Part shown: in pieces, positions 41,511 to 51,179 of the stretch
How the letters are laid out: every line of letters begins with the position of its first letter
How positions within the stretch are numbered: position 1 is the stretch's first letter
Assembly: GCF_013149785.1 (NCBI RefSeq)
Contig: NZ_JABEZU010000003.1
Span: 1 to 64,000 of the forward strand
DNA: 64,000 nucleotides
Source of the DNA: Isoptericola halotolerans
Lineage (GTDB): Bacteria; Actinomycetota; Actinomycetes; Actinomycetales; Cellulomonadaceae
Direction: 5' to 3'
Made by a program: the position numbers and the translations under genes
Notes under the pieces: generated by a model
What the model saw: the letters and a program-made list of their open reading frames with translations, nothing else
The model's database searches: none
Told to the model about the DNA's origin: nothing

Positions 41511-41921
41511 ATGACGAAGACGGCGGCCCAGAAGCGGGCTCAGGCCAAGGTGGAGTACGACGCGTTCCTGGCGGGCTGCCCGAGCCGGCAGCTGCTCGAC
41601 CGCATCTCCGACAAGTGGGTCGTGCTGGTCCTGTGCGCACTGGGCGACGACGGCGCTCCGACGGCGATGCGCTACTCGGAGATCGCCCGTCGCCTGGCCG
41701 GGGTCAGCCAGAAGATGCTGACCCAGACGCTCCGGTCGCTGGAGCGCGACGGCCTGATCACCCGGACCGTGACGCCGACCGTCCCGGTGACCGTCTCCTA
41801 CGAGCTGACCGACCTCGGCCTCTCGCTCCGCGAGATGACGCGCGGGCTCAGGAGCTGGGCGCAGACGCACATGGACGAGGTCCTCGCCCAGCGCCAGGAC
41901 TACGACGCGCGCAGCTCCTGA
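41511..41921 (+). CDS. HxlR family winged-helix regulator
   Basis: CPSRQLLDRISDKW, GVSQKMLTQTLRSLERDG and YELTDLG motifs. Confidence 0.93.
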   Translation: MTKTAAQKRAQAKVEYDAFLAGCPSRQLLDRISDKWVVLVLCALGDDGAPTAMRYSEIARRLAGVSQKMLTQTLRSLERDGLITRTVTPTVPVTVSYELTDLGLSLREMTRGLRSWAQTHMDEVLAQRQDYDARSS

Positions 41922-42027
41922 CGGTCCGCGCCACGGTGGTTCGGACGTGAGTACGATCGGCCGTGAGGCGGTCAGCCGGTCGCTGGGTGGGTGAGGCACC
42001 AGCGCGTCACCGAGAGAGGAATCTCGC

Positions 42028-42525
42028 ATGCATCGTCTCCTGGTCGGTCAGAAGCTCTGGTCGATGCGTGGACGCTTCGACGTCAGCAACGAGGACGACG
42101 GTGTCGTCTACACCGTCGAGGGCAGCTTGTTCCAGATCCCCAAACAGTTCACGATCGCCGACCCCTCCGGACGTGAGCGCGCGCGGGTCTGGAAGAAGCC
42201 GGTGTCGTGGCAGCCGCGATTCTTCGTCGAGGTCGACGGCGTGGAGGTGGCGACCATCGAGAAGCAGTTCACGTTCTTTCGGCCCCGGTATGAGATCCAC
42301 GGCCCGGGTCTGACGGTGAGCGGTGACTTCTGGGACATGAGCTTCGAGATCCAGAAGGACGGCGTCGTGGTGGGCCGCGTCGACAAGAAGTGGGCCTTCC
42401 GCGACAAGTACGTCATCGAGGTCGAGCGTCCCGAGGACGAGCTGCTCACCGTCGGCATCGTGCTCGCGATCGACTACGTCAAGCAGAGCGAGCAGTCTGC
42501 CGCGGCAAGTGCGGGCTCGGGCTGA
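42028..42525 (+). CDS. LURP-one-related/scramblase (Tubby C-terminal-like) protein
   Basis: QKLWSMRGRF.V, FTFFRPRY.I, GDFWDMSFEI and D.Y.IE..LAID motifs. Confidence 0.88.
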   Translation: MHRLLVGQKLWSMRGRFDVSNEDDGVVYTVEGSLFQIPKQFTIADPSGRERARVWKKPVSWQPRFFVEVDGVEVATIEKQFTFFRPRYEIHGPGLTVSGDFWDMSFEIQKDGVVVGRVDKKWAFRDKYVIEVERPEDELLTVGIVLAIDYVKQSEQSAAASAGSG

Positions 42526-42561
42526 GCAGACGTTCGCGAACTCAGCCAGGCGCGGAGGCCC

Positions 42562-43422
42562 CTACTCCTGGATCGTCGAACCGAGCTCGTGCAGCACGGC
42601 CGCCCGGGCGTCGCGCCCGCGGTCGCCGCGCCGGGTGACGAGCGCCTCGACGAGCGCTTCCGTCACCAGCATCAGCGCGGCGCGGGACGTGTGGATCAGC
42701 TCGTCCTGGAACGACTCGTTGACCGGCGGGACGACCAGCACGGTGTCGGCGCTCTGCGCCACGGGGGACTGCGCGAACGAGGTGATCGCCAGGACCGGGG
42801 TGCCGCCGTCGTGCGCGGCGCGCATCACCGCGAGCGTCGCGTCGTTCGTGCCGGACCCCGAGACGACGAGACAGACGGCGTCAGGTCCGAGCTGACGGGC
42901 GGCGATCCGTTGCGCGAGCGCGTCCTGGAGCAGCTCGGCGGGCCGGCCGGCCGACGTCAGGCGCAGCACGAGGTCGAGCCCGAGGGGCGAGGAGAGTCCG
43001 TTGGCGACGACGAGCACGCGCCCGGCGTCGTCGAGGCGCTGGACGAACTCCTGCAGGACCTCCTCCGTGAGGCCCGAGATCGTGTGGCCGAGGCGCGCGG
43101 CGAACCGCGCGACGGACTCGCGCAGCCCGCCCAGCATCGTGCCGTCGGCGGGGTTGTCCGCCGTGGTGCGCAGCGCGAGCTCGCGGGCGGCGGCGACACG
43201 CAGCTGCGGGTAGCCCTCGTACCCGAGGGTCTGCGCGGCGCGCACGACGGTCGCCCGGCCCACGCCGACGTCGTCGGCGACCTGCTGGGCGGAGCGTTCG
43301 ACGGCGGCACCGAGGTCGGCGGCGAGGGCCTCGGCGACGCGGCGCTCGCCGGGGTGCATCGAGGGCAGGAGGGTGACGATGCGCGCCGTCGGGGGCGCCT
43401 CGACGGATCCGGACCAGGCCAT
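42562..43422 (-). CDS. RpiR/MurR family regulator (HTH + SIS)
   Basis: ERRVAE...VGRATVVRAAQTLGYEGYPQLR; SIS motif VSGSG; ITSFAQSP. Confidence 0.9.
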   Translation of the reverse strand: MAWSGSVEAPPTARIVTLLPSMHPGERRVAEALAADLGAAVERSAQQVADDVGVGRATVVRAAQTLGYEGYPQLRVAAARELALRTTADNPADGTMLGGLRESVARFAARLGHTISGLTEEVLQEFVQRLDDAGRVLVVANGLSSPLGLDLVLRLTSAGRPAELLQDALAQRIAARQLGPDAVCLVVSGSGTNDATLAVMRAAHDGGTPVLAITSFAQSPVAQSADTVLVVPPVNESFQDELIHTSRAALMLVTEALVEALVTRRGDRGRDARAAVLHELGSTIQE

Positions 43423-43423
43423 G

Positions 43424-44257
43424 TCAGGTCCCTTCCATGATGCGGCGGCGCAGTGCGCCCGAGACGGCGTCGACCGCCATCGTGGTGGCGACGACCACGA
43501 TCAGCAGCATGCCGACCGTGTCCCACGCACGATAGTTCGTGTAGTTCGCCAGCATGCTCCCGATCCCGCCGGCGCCGACGAGGCCGAGCACGGCGGACAT
43601 GCGGATGTTGATCTCGAAGCGGTAGAGAGCGAAGGACAGCAGCGTCGGCAGGGCCGCCGGCCACAGCGCCCAGCGGATGACGGCGGTCCGGCCTCCGCCG
43701 GCGGCTCGCACGGCGTCCGCGGCACCGTCGCGCAGCGTCTCGATCGTCTCGTAGGTCCACTTGCCCTGTGTGCCGATCCCGGCGATCCCCAGCGCGAGCG
43801 CGCCCGTGAAGGGCGTCAGCCCGGTGACGGTGAGCAGGACGAGCGCGATGATGACCTCGGGCACGGCCCGGATGACGGCGAAGAGGCCGCGCAGCGCGAG
43901 GCGCAGCCAGGCCGGCCCGACGCCGTGGGCGGCGAGCATCCCGAGCGGGATCGACACGACCACGCAGAGCATCGCGCCGAGCCAGGCCATGGAGATCGAG
44001 CGCCACATCTCGAACAGGGCGCGCGGCAGGCGCGACCAGTCGGGGTCGGCGAACATCAGGGTCCCGTAGTCCCGGACGGCGGCGGGCAGGTCGCGCAGGT
44101 CGGCCCACTCGACGTCCAGGGTGGCGGTGGCGACGAGGAGCACGACGCCGACGACGGCGGTGGCGGCGGTCTGTCCGCGGCGCGACGGGCGCGGGGGCAG
44201 GGCGACGCCGGGGCGGGTGGCGGTGGTTCGTGTCCGGGCTTCCACGGTGCTGCTCAC
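43424..44257 (-). CDS. phnE: Phosphonate/phosphate-ester ABC transporter permease
   Basis: RAVPE and LYRFEINIRMSAVLGLVGAGGIG motifs. Confidence 0.9.
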   Translation of the reverse strand: MSSTVEARTRTTATRPGVALPPRPSRRGQTAATAVVGVVLLVATATLDVEWADLRDLPAAVRDYGTLMFADPDWSRLPRALFEMWRSISMAWLGAMLCVVVSIPLGMLAAHGVGPAWLRLALRGLFAVIRAVPEVIIALVLLTVTGLTPFTGALALGIAGIGTQGKWTYETIETLRDGAADAVRAAGGGRTAVIRWALWPAALPTLLSFALYRFEINIRMSAVLGLVGAGGIGSMLANYTNYRAWDTVGMLLIVVVATTMAVDAVSGALRRRIMEGT

Positions 44258-45075
44258 GCGAGCCTCCGGCGCAGGATGTTCGAGGCGGCCTCGATGACGA
44301 GCACCACGACGAGGATCTCGAGGATGATGACCGAGACGTCGCCGTAGGCGAAGAACCCGAACCGCTCGTCGAGGAGCCGACCGATGCCGCCCGCGCCGAC
44401 GATGCCGAGGATGGCGGAGATGCGGACGTTCAGCTCCAGGGCGTAGAGCCACTGGTTGAGGAACAGCGGGAGGTTCTGCGGCAGGGCGAGGGTGCGGTTG
44501 ATCTGATGCTGGGTGGCGCCGCCGGCGCGGGCCGCCTCGAGGTACGGGTGCTCGGCGGAGTCGATCGCCTCGGAGACCAGCTTGACGACGATCCCGACGT
44601 TGAACAGCACGAGGGCGAGCAGGCCGGGCAGCGCTCCGACGCCCACCATGGCGACGAGGATGGTCGCCCAGACGAGGTCGGGGACCGCGCGGAACACGTT
44701 GACCACCGCCCGCACGGCGGAACGGGTCAGGATGTTCGGGTTGGTGGGGCGTGCCGCCCAGAGGGTGAGCGGCACCGACAGCGCGGCGGCGATCGCGGCG
44801 CCGACGAACGCCATCTGCAGCGTCTCCAGCATCGGCTGGACGGTGCGCGGGAAGAACGCCCAGTTCGGCTGCAGCAGCGCGGACAGGTTGGCGGCGCCGT
44901 GGCGCCAGTTGCGAGCGATCGCGCCGAGGTCGATCTCGACGCCGCCGATCGCGGGCAGGCAGGTCGCCACGGTGAACGCCGCGAGGGCGGAGACGATCAG
45001 CGCGCGGCGCGGCCAGGTGCGCGGCCGGGGTGGGACCTCGAAGCGCGCGGCGGGCTCCGCCGTCGTGCCGCTCAT
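44254..45075 (-). CDS. phnE: Phosphonate/phosphate-ester ABC transporter permease
   Basis: [15 protein letters not shown] and [20 protein letters not shown] motifs. Confidence 0.9.
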   Translation of the reverse strand: MSGTTAEPAARFEVPPRPRTWPRRALIVSALAAFTVATCLPAIGGVEIDLGAIARNWRHGAANLSALLQPNWAFFPRTVQPMLETLQMAFVGAAIAAALSVPLTLWAARPTNPNILTRSAVRAVVNVFRAVPDLVWATILVAMVGVGALPGLLALVLFNVGIVVKLVSEAIDSAEHPYLEAARAGGATQHQINRTLALPQNLPLFLNQWLYALELNVRISAILGIVGAGGIGRLLDERFGFFAYGDVSVIILEILVVVLVIEAASNILRRRLA

Positions 45076-45893
45076 GTGCGGTCCCCGAGGCGGTCCTGCG
45101 GGCGGATGCGACGGCCGTAGATCTGCTCGAAGTCGGCCTCGGTGGCCTCGGCCGCCGGGCCGTCGTAGACGACCTCGCCGGCGCGCAGCCCGATCATGCG
45201 CCGCGTGTACTGCCGGGCGAGGTCCATGAGGTGCAGGTTGACCAGCACCGTGAGGTAGCGCTCGGTGTTGATGCGTTCCAGCTCGGACATGACCGCGTGC
45301 GCGGTGGGTGGGTCGAGGCTGGCGACGGGCTCGTCGGCGAGCATGATGCTCGGCTCCTGCGACAGCGCCCGGGCGATGGCGACGCGCTGCTGCTGGCCAC
45401 CGGAGAGGGAGCCCGCCCGCGTCCAGACCTTGTCGAGCATGCCGACGGTGTGCAGGGCCGACAGGGCGACCTCGCGGTCGTGGGCGGTCGGGACGCCGAG
45501 GAGCCCGCGCAGCGCACCGGCCTGCGCGAAGCGCCCGACCAGCGTGTTGCGGTAGACGTCGATGCGCGTGGCGAGGTTGAAGCCCTGGAAGATCATGCCG
45601 ATGTGCCCGCGCACCTGCCGCAGGCGGCGTCCGCTCAGACCGGAGACCGTGTACGGGCCGACGGTCACGGTGCCGCTCGTGACGGGCACGAGGCCGTTGA
45701 CGGCGCGGATCAGGGTCGACTTGCCGGAGCCGGACAGGCCGACGACTGACACCATCTCGCCGGCGTCGATGGTCAGGGAGACGTCGCGCAGGGCTGCGGT
45801 GCCGTTGGGGTAGGTGACCGAGACGCCGTCGAGGCGGATCGGCCACGCGGAGGCCGGGGCGGCCCCGGCCTCCGCACGGGTGTCGAGAGTCAT
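45072..45893 (-). CDS. phnC: Phosphonate ABC transporter ATP-binding protein
   Basis: [34 protein letters not shown] and NLH motifs. Confidence 0.93.
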   Translation of the reverse strand: MTLDTRAEAGAAPASAWPIRLDGVSVTYPNGTAALRDVSLTIDAGEMVSVVGLSGSGKSTLIRAVNGLVPVTSGTVTVGPYTVSGLSGRRLRQVRGHIGMIFQGFNLATRIDVYRNTLVGRFAQAGALRGLLGVPTAHDREVALSALHTVGMLDKVWTRAGSLSGGQQQRVAIARALSQEPSIMLADEPVASLDPPTAHAVMSELERINTERYLTVLVNLHLMDLARQYTRRMIGLRAGEVVYDGPAAEATEADFEQIYGRRIRPQDRLGDRT

Positions 45894-45911
45894 GGAAGAG
45901 GGTGCTCCTGG

Positions 45912-46922
45912 TCAGCCGGCGAACTGCTCGAGGACCTCGCCGTAGCGGGCGATCTCGTCGTCGGCGGTCTCGGCCGTCCAGTCGGACAGACCGACCAGCT
46001 CGAACATGACGTCGGCGGCCTCGGGGGAGGAGTCCGCGTAGTCGTCCATGAGCTGGGTGAGCTCGGCGACGAGGTCGTCGGGCAGGGTGTCGGTGACGGC
46101 GACGCCACCGTTGGGGATCATCTCGGTGTAGGCGAAGGCCACGGCCTTGTCGGCGATGTCGGGGACCTCCTCGACCACGGTGGTCCGGGCGTCCCAGTAG
46201 GCGAAGCCGACCTCAGCGTCACCGTTCGCGACGGCGAGCACGGCGTTGTTGTTGCCCTCGACCGGCACCTGGGTGATGTCGGCGTCGGTGTCCAGGCCGG
46301 CCTCCCGCATGAGGACCACGGGGTACTGGTAGCCCGCGGGGGAGGTGGCGGCCTGCAGCGCGACGTTCGCACCGGCCAGGTCGCCGAAGACCTCGGCGGC
46401 GGCCGGGCCCTGACCGGTCGCCGCGGCGCCGGCCTCCTCGATGCCGTTGCAGTAGGAGAGCTCGATGTCGCTCGCCTCGTAGGTGGCGAGCACGGGCTCG
46501 TCCTCGCAGTAGGTGTCGGGGTCGTTCGTGTAGGCCACCGAGGCGTAGGACGTCGCCCCGAACCGGACGTCGCGCAGGATCAGCTCCGCGCCGTAGCGCT
46601 CGGTCGCCTGGTAGAGCGACCCGGCGTCGGTGATGATGACCTGCGACTGGTCGGCGCCGAGCGCCTCGACCGTGGCGGTGTAGTTGTTCGCGACGACACC
46701 CTCCACCTCGATGCCGAGGCCGTCCGAGAGGTACGTGGTCAGCGGGTCGAGCGCCTCGGCGAGGTTCTCACCCTCGACCGACGGCACCAGCGACATGGTG
46801 ATGGACTCGGGCCACTCGGTGCCGCCGTCGTCGGCACTGCCGGCGGCATCGGTACCGGCGCAACCGGCGAGCGCGAGGACGAGCGCCGCGGCGGCGCCGG
46901 GAGCGAGCAGGGACTTGCGCAT
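45912..46922 (-). CDS. phnD: Phosphate/phosphite/phosphonate ABC transporter substrate-binding lipoprotein
   Basis: LAGC lipobox; NYTATVEALG, TSPAGYQYP and IPNG motifs. Confidence 0.85.
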   Translation of the reverse strand: MRKSLLAPGAAAALVLALAGCAGTDAAGSADDGGTEWPESITMSLVPSVEGENLAEALDPLTTYLSDGLGIEVEGVVANNYTATVEALGADQSQVIITDAGSLYQATERYGAELILRDVRFGATSYASVAYTNDPDTYCEDEPVLATYEASDIELSYCNGIEEAGAAATGQGPAAAEVFGDLAGANVALQAATSPAGYQYPVVLMREAGLDTDADITQVPVEGNNNAVLAVANGDAEVGFAYWDARTTVVEEVPDIADKAVAFAYTEMIPNGGVAVTDTLPDDLVAELTQLMDDYADSSPEAADVMFELVGLSDWTAETADDEIARYGEVLEQFAG

Positions 46923-46929
46923 GGGAGGG

Positions 46930-47673
46930 CTACCTTTCGAGGGAGTCGGCCGTGCCGGACGGCACGGGTTCCGGGGGGAGGGCTGTGGTCGCTGCGGTGG
47001 CGGCAGCGTGGGCCCACGCCGTGATGCCGGCGGCGAGGGCGTCGAGCGTCCGCGCGTGCATGGTCACGTCGGCGGGCGGCGTGGCCGCGGCAGCCGCGGC
47101 AGCCGCGGCAGGGCCGACGAGCGCCGTGGCGGCACCGAGCGCCGCGGCGGGCGCCAGGTCGTTCTCCACGATGTCCCCGACGGCGAGCACCGGTCCTTCT
47201 GTGAGCGCGGCCTCGACGATGGGGGTCAGGCCGGTGGGCTTGCCGACCTCGTAGTGCAGGTCGGTGAAGCGCTCGCGGACGCCCCACACCGTCAGTAGGC
47301 GTTCGACGCCGACGCCGGGGGCGTTCGTGGCGAGGACGACGGTGGTTGTCTGGGGGAGTGCGGCGAGGAGCTGCGCGAGGCCAGGGGCCGCGTCGACGGG
47401 TGCCTCGGGGGTGCCGAGGAGGTCACGGCTGGCGAGGTAGGCCTGCTGCAGGGCGGCAGGGTCGACGCCGTCCTGGCGGGCCAGCGTGCCGACGACGTCG
47501 TACCCGTCGCGGAACTGTGTGGCCGTGCCGGCGTCGTGGTCGCGCAACGTGGCCATGACCCGCTCGAAGTACCCGGGACCGGCATGCTCGGCGACCTGCC
47601 GGGCGAACGCGAGCACGGGGCCGTCACCGACGGCGAGGGTGCCGTCGAAGTCGAACAGGATGGTCGGGGTCAC
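46930..47673 (-). CDS. HAD family hydrolase (phosphatase)
   Basis: FDFDGTL motif I, ATNA, GKP and VGDIVEND motifs. Confidence 0.92.
   Translation of the reverse strand: MTPTILFDFDGTLAVGDGPVLAFARQVAEHAGPGYFERVMATLRDHDAGTATQFRDGYDVVGTLARQDGVDPAALQQAYLASRDLLGTPEAPVDAAPGLAQLLAALPQTTTVVLATNAPGVGVERLLTVWGVRERFTDLHYEVGKPTGLTPIVEAALTEGPVLAVGDIVENDLAPAAALGAATALVGPAAAAAAAAATPPADVTMHARTLDALAAGITAWAHAAATAATTALPPEPVPSGTADSLER
47084..47110. repeat. 3 x 9-bp tandem repeat (poly-Ala tract in the HAD gene)
   Basis: GCCGCGGCA repeated three times. Confidence 0.8.
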
Positions 47674-47700
47674 GCGGGCTCCTCATGTCATGGACGATGC

Positions 47701-47749
47701 GTTCACCGTAGGGAGCCCGCGTGAACGGAAAAGTCATGAGGAGGTGAAC
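47701..47749. promoter_or_regulatory. Candidate PHO/RegX3-like boxes upstream of the HAD-phn operon
   Basis: GTTCAC at 47701, GTGAAC at 47721 and 47744. Confidence 0.45.
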
Positions 47750-47797
47750 GGTGGATGTCAGCCGCGGGAACCTGGCGTCCGCCGGTGGGACATCAAC

Positions 47798-47866
47798 TGT
47801 GCAAGAGGTAGTCCAGAGAGTGTGCAAACGGTAGCGTAGCGACCGGGAATGCGGTAGCGTGCGTGG
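47798..47866 (+). repeat. Three degenerate 23-bp direct repeats upstream of the AAA/DUF4143 gene
   Basis: GGTAG cores at 47807, 47830 and 47853; units 1 and 2 share TGTGCAA; unit 3 holds the TAGCGT -10. Confidence 0.65.
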
Positions 47867-49117
47867 ATGGCGGAGTATCAGCGACGGATCATCGACGACC
47901 GTCTCGACGAGCTGCAGCCCCAGCTCCGTGCGATCTCGATCCACGGCCCCAAGGGGGTGGGGAAGACCGCGACGGCTTCCCAGCGCGCGGCGACGATCAT
48001 CTCCCTCGACCGCGATGCGACGCGGACCCGCTTCGCCGCCGCGCCCGACCGGATGCTGGCGGAGGCCGACGGACCGATCCTCATCGACGAGTGGCAGCGC
48101 TGGCCGGAATCGTGGGATGTCGTGCGCCACGCGGTCGACGAGGGCGTGCCACGCGGGCGCCTGATCCTGGCGGGAAGCTCGGCGCCGCGTGGCGCGACCG
48201 TGCACTCGGGTGCTGGGCGCATCGTGCCGTTCCGGCTGCGCCCCCTCAGCCTTGCTGAACGATCACTCGAGGTGCCGACGGTCAGCGTCGCGAATCTGCT
48301 CCGTGGCGTGGTGGACGTCTCGGGCTCGACGGACCTGGCGTTGCCCGACTATGTCGAGGAGATCGTCGCCAGCGGGTTCCCCGGCATCCGTGACGAGCCC
48401 GAGGACGTGCGCGAGGAACTGCTCGACGCCTACGTTGACAACATCATCCAGCGAGAGTTCCCCGAGCAGGGCTATCCGGTCCGCAGACCGGAGACCCTCA
48501 AGGCGTGGCTGGCCGCCTATGCCGCCGCGACCTCCACGACGACCGCGTACAACGCCATCCTCGCCGCAGCCACTCCCGGACAAAGTGACAAGCCGGCGAA
48601 GACGACGACGATCACCTACCGAGATGCCCTGTCGGGGCTCTGGCTCCTTGACCCGGTCGAACCGTGGACGCTGGGCAACAACAACTTTCAGCGGCTCGCG
48701 ATGGCGCCGAAACACCAGCTGGCCGATCCGGCACTGGCGGCCAGGCTGCTCGGTGCGACGAAGGAGTCGCTGCTCCAGGGCAGCGATGCGCAGCTGCTCG
48801 GTCTGCTGTTCGAGCACCTGGTGACGATGAGCATCCGGACCTACGCGGAGGCGGCACGCGCCAAGGTCTTCCATCTGCGGACGCGAGACGCTCGTCGTGA
48901 GGTGGACCTCGTCGTCGAGCGTCGAGACGGTGCGGTCCTCGCGATCGAGATCAAGCTCGCAACCCACCCGACCGACCGCGACGTCCGCCATCTGAACTGG
49001 TTCCGGGACCAGCTCGGGGAGAGGTGTCTCGGGGGAGTCGTCGTGACCGCAGGGAGCGACGCCTACATGCGTCGGGACGGCATCGCCGTCGTCTCTGCGG
49101 CCCTACTCGGACCGTGA
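47867..49117 (+). CDS. AAA_14 ATPase with C-terminal DUF4143 PD-(D/E)xK-like domain
   Basis: Walker A GPKGVGKT, Walker B ILIDEWQR, LAGS, GFP, PKHQLADPAL, LFE and EVDLVVE..AIEIK motifs. Confidence 0.92.
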   Translation: MAEYQRRIIDDRLDELQPQLRAISIHGPKGVGKTATASQRAATIISLDRDATRTRFAAAPDRMLAEADGPILIDEWQRWPESWDVVRHAVDEGVPRGRLILAGSSAPRGATVHSGAGRIVPFRLRPLSLAERSLEVPTVSVANLLRGVVDVSGSTDLALPDYVEEIVASGFPGIRDEPEDVREELLDAYVDNIIQREFPEQGYPVRRPETLKAWLAAYAAATSTTTAYNAILAAATPGQSDKPAKTTTITYRDALSGLWLLDPVEPWTLGNNNFQRLAMAPKHQLADPALAARLLGATKESLLQGSDAQLLGLLFEHLVTMSIRTYAEAARAKVFHLRTRDARREVDLVVERRDGAVLAIEIKLATHPTDRDVRHLNWFRDQLGERCLGGVVVTAGSDAYMRRDGIAVVSAALLGP

Positions 49118-49161
49118 GGCTGCGGCCTCGGAACCGGGACCTTAAAAGACCAGAGCCTCCA

Positions 49162-50493
49162 TCAGACCCAGGACGATTCACCGTAGTCGCACTTGCGCTG
49201 GTGGCCGAGGGCATTGACGCGGTACCCGCAACCCTGGCAGCGCTGGTCTGCCAGCCACGCCGCAATCTCCGCGACCACCGGGACGAGGCTCGCGCCCCAC
49301 TCGTGGTGGAATTGCAGGAGGTTCGGGTGCTCGACGTCAACAAACGGGAGGTGGAGCCTGCCGCTTTGCTCCCGCACGCGCACGACAAGCCATCCCGCGT
49401 CGAGCATGGCGTGCGTTTGCCGAACATCCCTCCGGACCTGTTTCGGCCCGCTCGGGCCCCACTCGCCGTGGAACCATGCACCGTCATACTCGACGGCGAC
49501 GCGGCGATCGTCGTCAGGAATCGTACCGAATGCGTCAACCTGGATTCCCGGTCGGGCGTTCTTCGGCGCGATGTAGCCGGGCACGTCCACGCGGATGGTG
49601 TGGTCTGAGTTCACGCCGTCGAGTACGGCTCGCAGCAGTTCGCGAAGGGCCTGCTCCGGTTTGGATGTCGGGACACTGTTGCAGAGCGGACACCCCTGGC
49701 CGCTTAGGTGCTTGTTCGGGGTCATTGGGAAGTCGCCATGGACGTAGCACGTGATGAGCACATGGCGGTTCGCGCGGCTATAGTCGACGTGCGCGTAGCC
49801 GTAGGTGATTCCGTGGATGGCTTGCGCCTTGGCGGCGAAGCCCGCAGCGGCAGCTGCGATCACGTCCAGTCCTCGAGCGCGCCTGTCGTCATTTGCGCAC
49901 TCTGGGCACCCGTGGCCCTGTAGGTGGTTGTTTGCCTCCGCCTTCCACATTCCATGCTCAGGGCAGATGGCAGTGACCTTTGAATGCGCGTTCTGGTACT
50001 CGCGATCGATGTGGGGGAACTCGTAGACGGTGCTGCGCTTGGCGTGAACGCGCGACACGAACAGCTCGGCGGCCTCGGCAGCCTGGGTGCGGCCACGGGT
50101 GCGGGCCTTGTCGGTGCGGCACTCCCTGCAACCTTTGCCAGACAGGTGCGTGCCGGCGCGCTGCGTGAACCAGCCGTGCTCTGAGCATCCGAGGGTCACC
50201 TCGCCGTCCCAGCGGGTGTAGTTGGCGCGGGAGTAGTCCCAGCGATCACCGTGCTTAGCGAGCGACTTCTCAATGAAGTCCGCCGTCGTGAGCTGAACGT
50301 TTCCAGCGCAACGGGGGCATCCCTGACCCTGGCTCAGGTGTGCGTCCGGCGTCTGCGCGAAAGCGCCGTGCTCCGGGCAGCCTATGGTGAGCTTGGTCTT
50401 GGCATTGACGTACTCGGTCAAGCCGTAGTCCCACCGTCCGTTGTGGAGGGCGGTGGCCTCGGCGATAAACTCTGCCGTGGTCTTTCTGCGCAT
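49162..50493 (-). CDS. Four DUF723-like zinc-ribbon repeats plus Vsr/DUF559-like endonuclease domain
   Basis: Four copies of F...H...YDY...CxxHG.F...HL.G.GCxxC; then SKPE..VD..VEYDG.WFH..RD..GW.VVRVRE; terminal CxxC..H..C. Confidence 0.82.
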   Translation of the reverse strand: MRRKTTAEFIAEATALHNGRWDYGLTEYVNAKTKLTIGCPEHGAFAQTPDAHLSQGQGCPRCAGNVQLTTADFIEKSLAKHGDRWDYSRANYTRWDGEVTLGCSEHGWFTQRAGTHLSGKGCRECRTDKARTRGRTQAAEAAELFVSRVHAKRSTVYEFPHIDREYQNAHSKVTAICPEHGMWKAEANNHLQGHGCPECANDDRRARGLDVIAAAAAGFAAKAQAIHGITYGYAHVDYSRANRHVLITCYVHGDFPMTPNKHLSGQGCPLCNSVPTSKPEQALRELLRAVLDGVNSDHTIRVDVPGYIAPKNARPGIQVDAFGTIPDDDRRVAVEYDGAWFHGEWGPSGPKQVRRDVRQTHAMLDAGWLVVRVREQSGRLHLPFVDVEHPNLLQFHHEWGASLVPVVAEIAAWLADQRCQGCGYRVNALGHQRKCDYGESSWV

Positions 50494-50762
50494 TGCCTTC
50501 CGCCCTCCCTTCGTACGCTGATGTGCTGGCGACGGTGTGTCAACCATATGCGGCGCCGCCGACAGCAAGCACGTCCTCGGTTAGGCTCCGACCGCGCCCA
50601 CATCGCACGAGCGCGGATCGATCAGCTTCAAGACGGGCCCGCGGCCGTCACTCACCGATTGGGTCATACGAGCGGACGACGCGGACCCTTACATCAACAA
50701 CGTCACGCGTGCAGGGTGTGCAAAAAAGGGCTGGCGGGGCGACCTGCTGCACTGCATTCGGC

Positions 50763-51179
50763 CTAGGAGACACCCTGGCCGGGGACGTACAGCGGACCGT
50801 GCTGGCACGCGGTTTCGTGCAGGGCCATGCCGGCGATCCGGGCTTCGGCTTTGGTGAGGCCGTTGAAGTCCACTGACGCATGGTCGTGTGGGTTTTCGGC
50901 CGCTGCGCCATCATCCACGCATGCCAGTCCGTGCTCATTCGCATCGCCCACCTTGACGCCCCAGGTACCGACGGAACTGCGACCGTGGTCTTCGGTGTGG
51001 CGGCGATGAGCCTCTTGAGGGGCGACCCGACCGCGCAGTGTGGACATCAGGCCCTTGTCTGCACTCTGCGATCGGAAGGCGGTCCACATGGGCTGGCCTG
51101 CGGCAGTGTCGTAGAGGCCTGGGGGGACCTGCCGATTGAGCACCTCGTCGATGTCACCGATCATGCTTCCCTCGTTCAT
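50763..51179 (-). CDS. Hypothetical protein, putative ADP-ribosyltransferase-fold toxin
   Basis: EVLNRQV (Arg), AF..D.GLMST (Ser) and HASVDF (His) pattern; ATGA overlap with the upstream gene. Confidence 0.6.
   Translation of the reverse strand: MNEGSMIGDIDEVLNRQVPPGLYDTAAGQPMWTAFRSQSADKGLMSTLRGRVAPQEAHRRHTEDHGRSSVGTWGVKVGDANEHGLACVDDGAAAENPHDHASVDFNGLTKAEARIAGMALHETACQHGPLYVPGQGVS

Noticed and set aside
47798..47866. Possible mini-CRISPR array
   Set aside because: Units are only 23 bp, degenerate and without spacers, and there are no cas genes. Kept as operator-like repeats.
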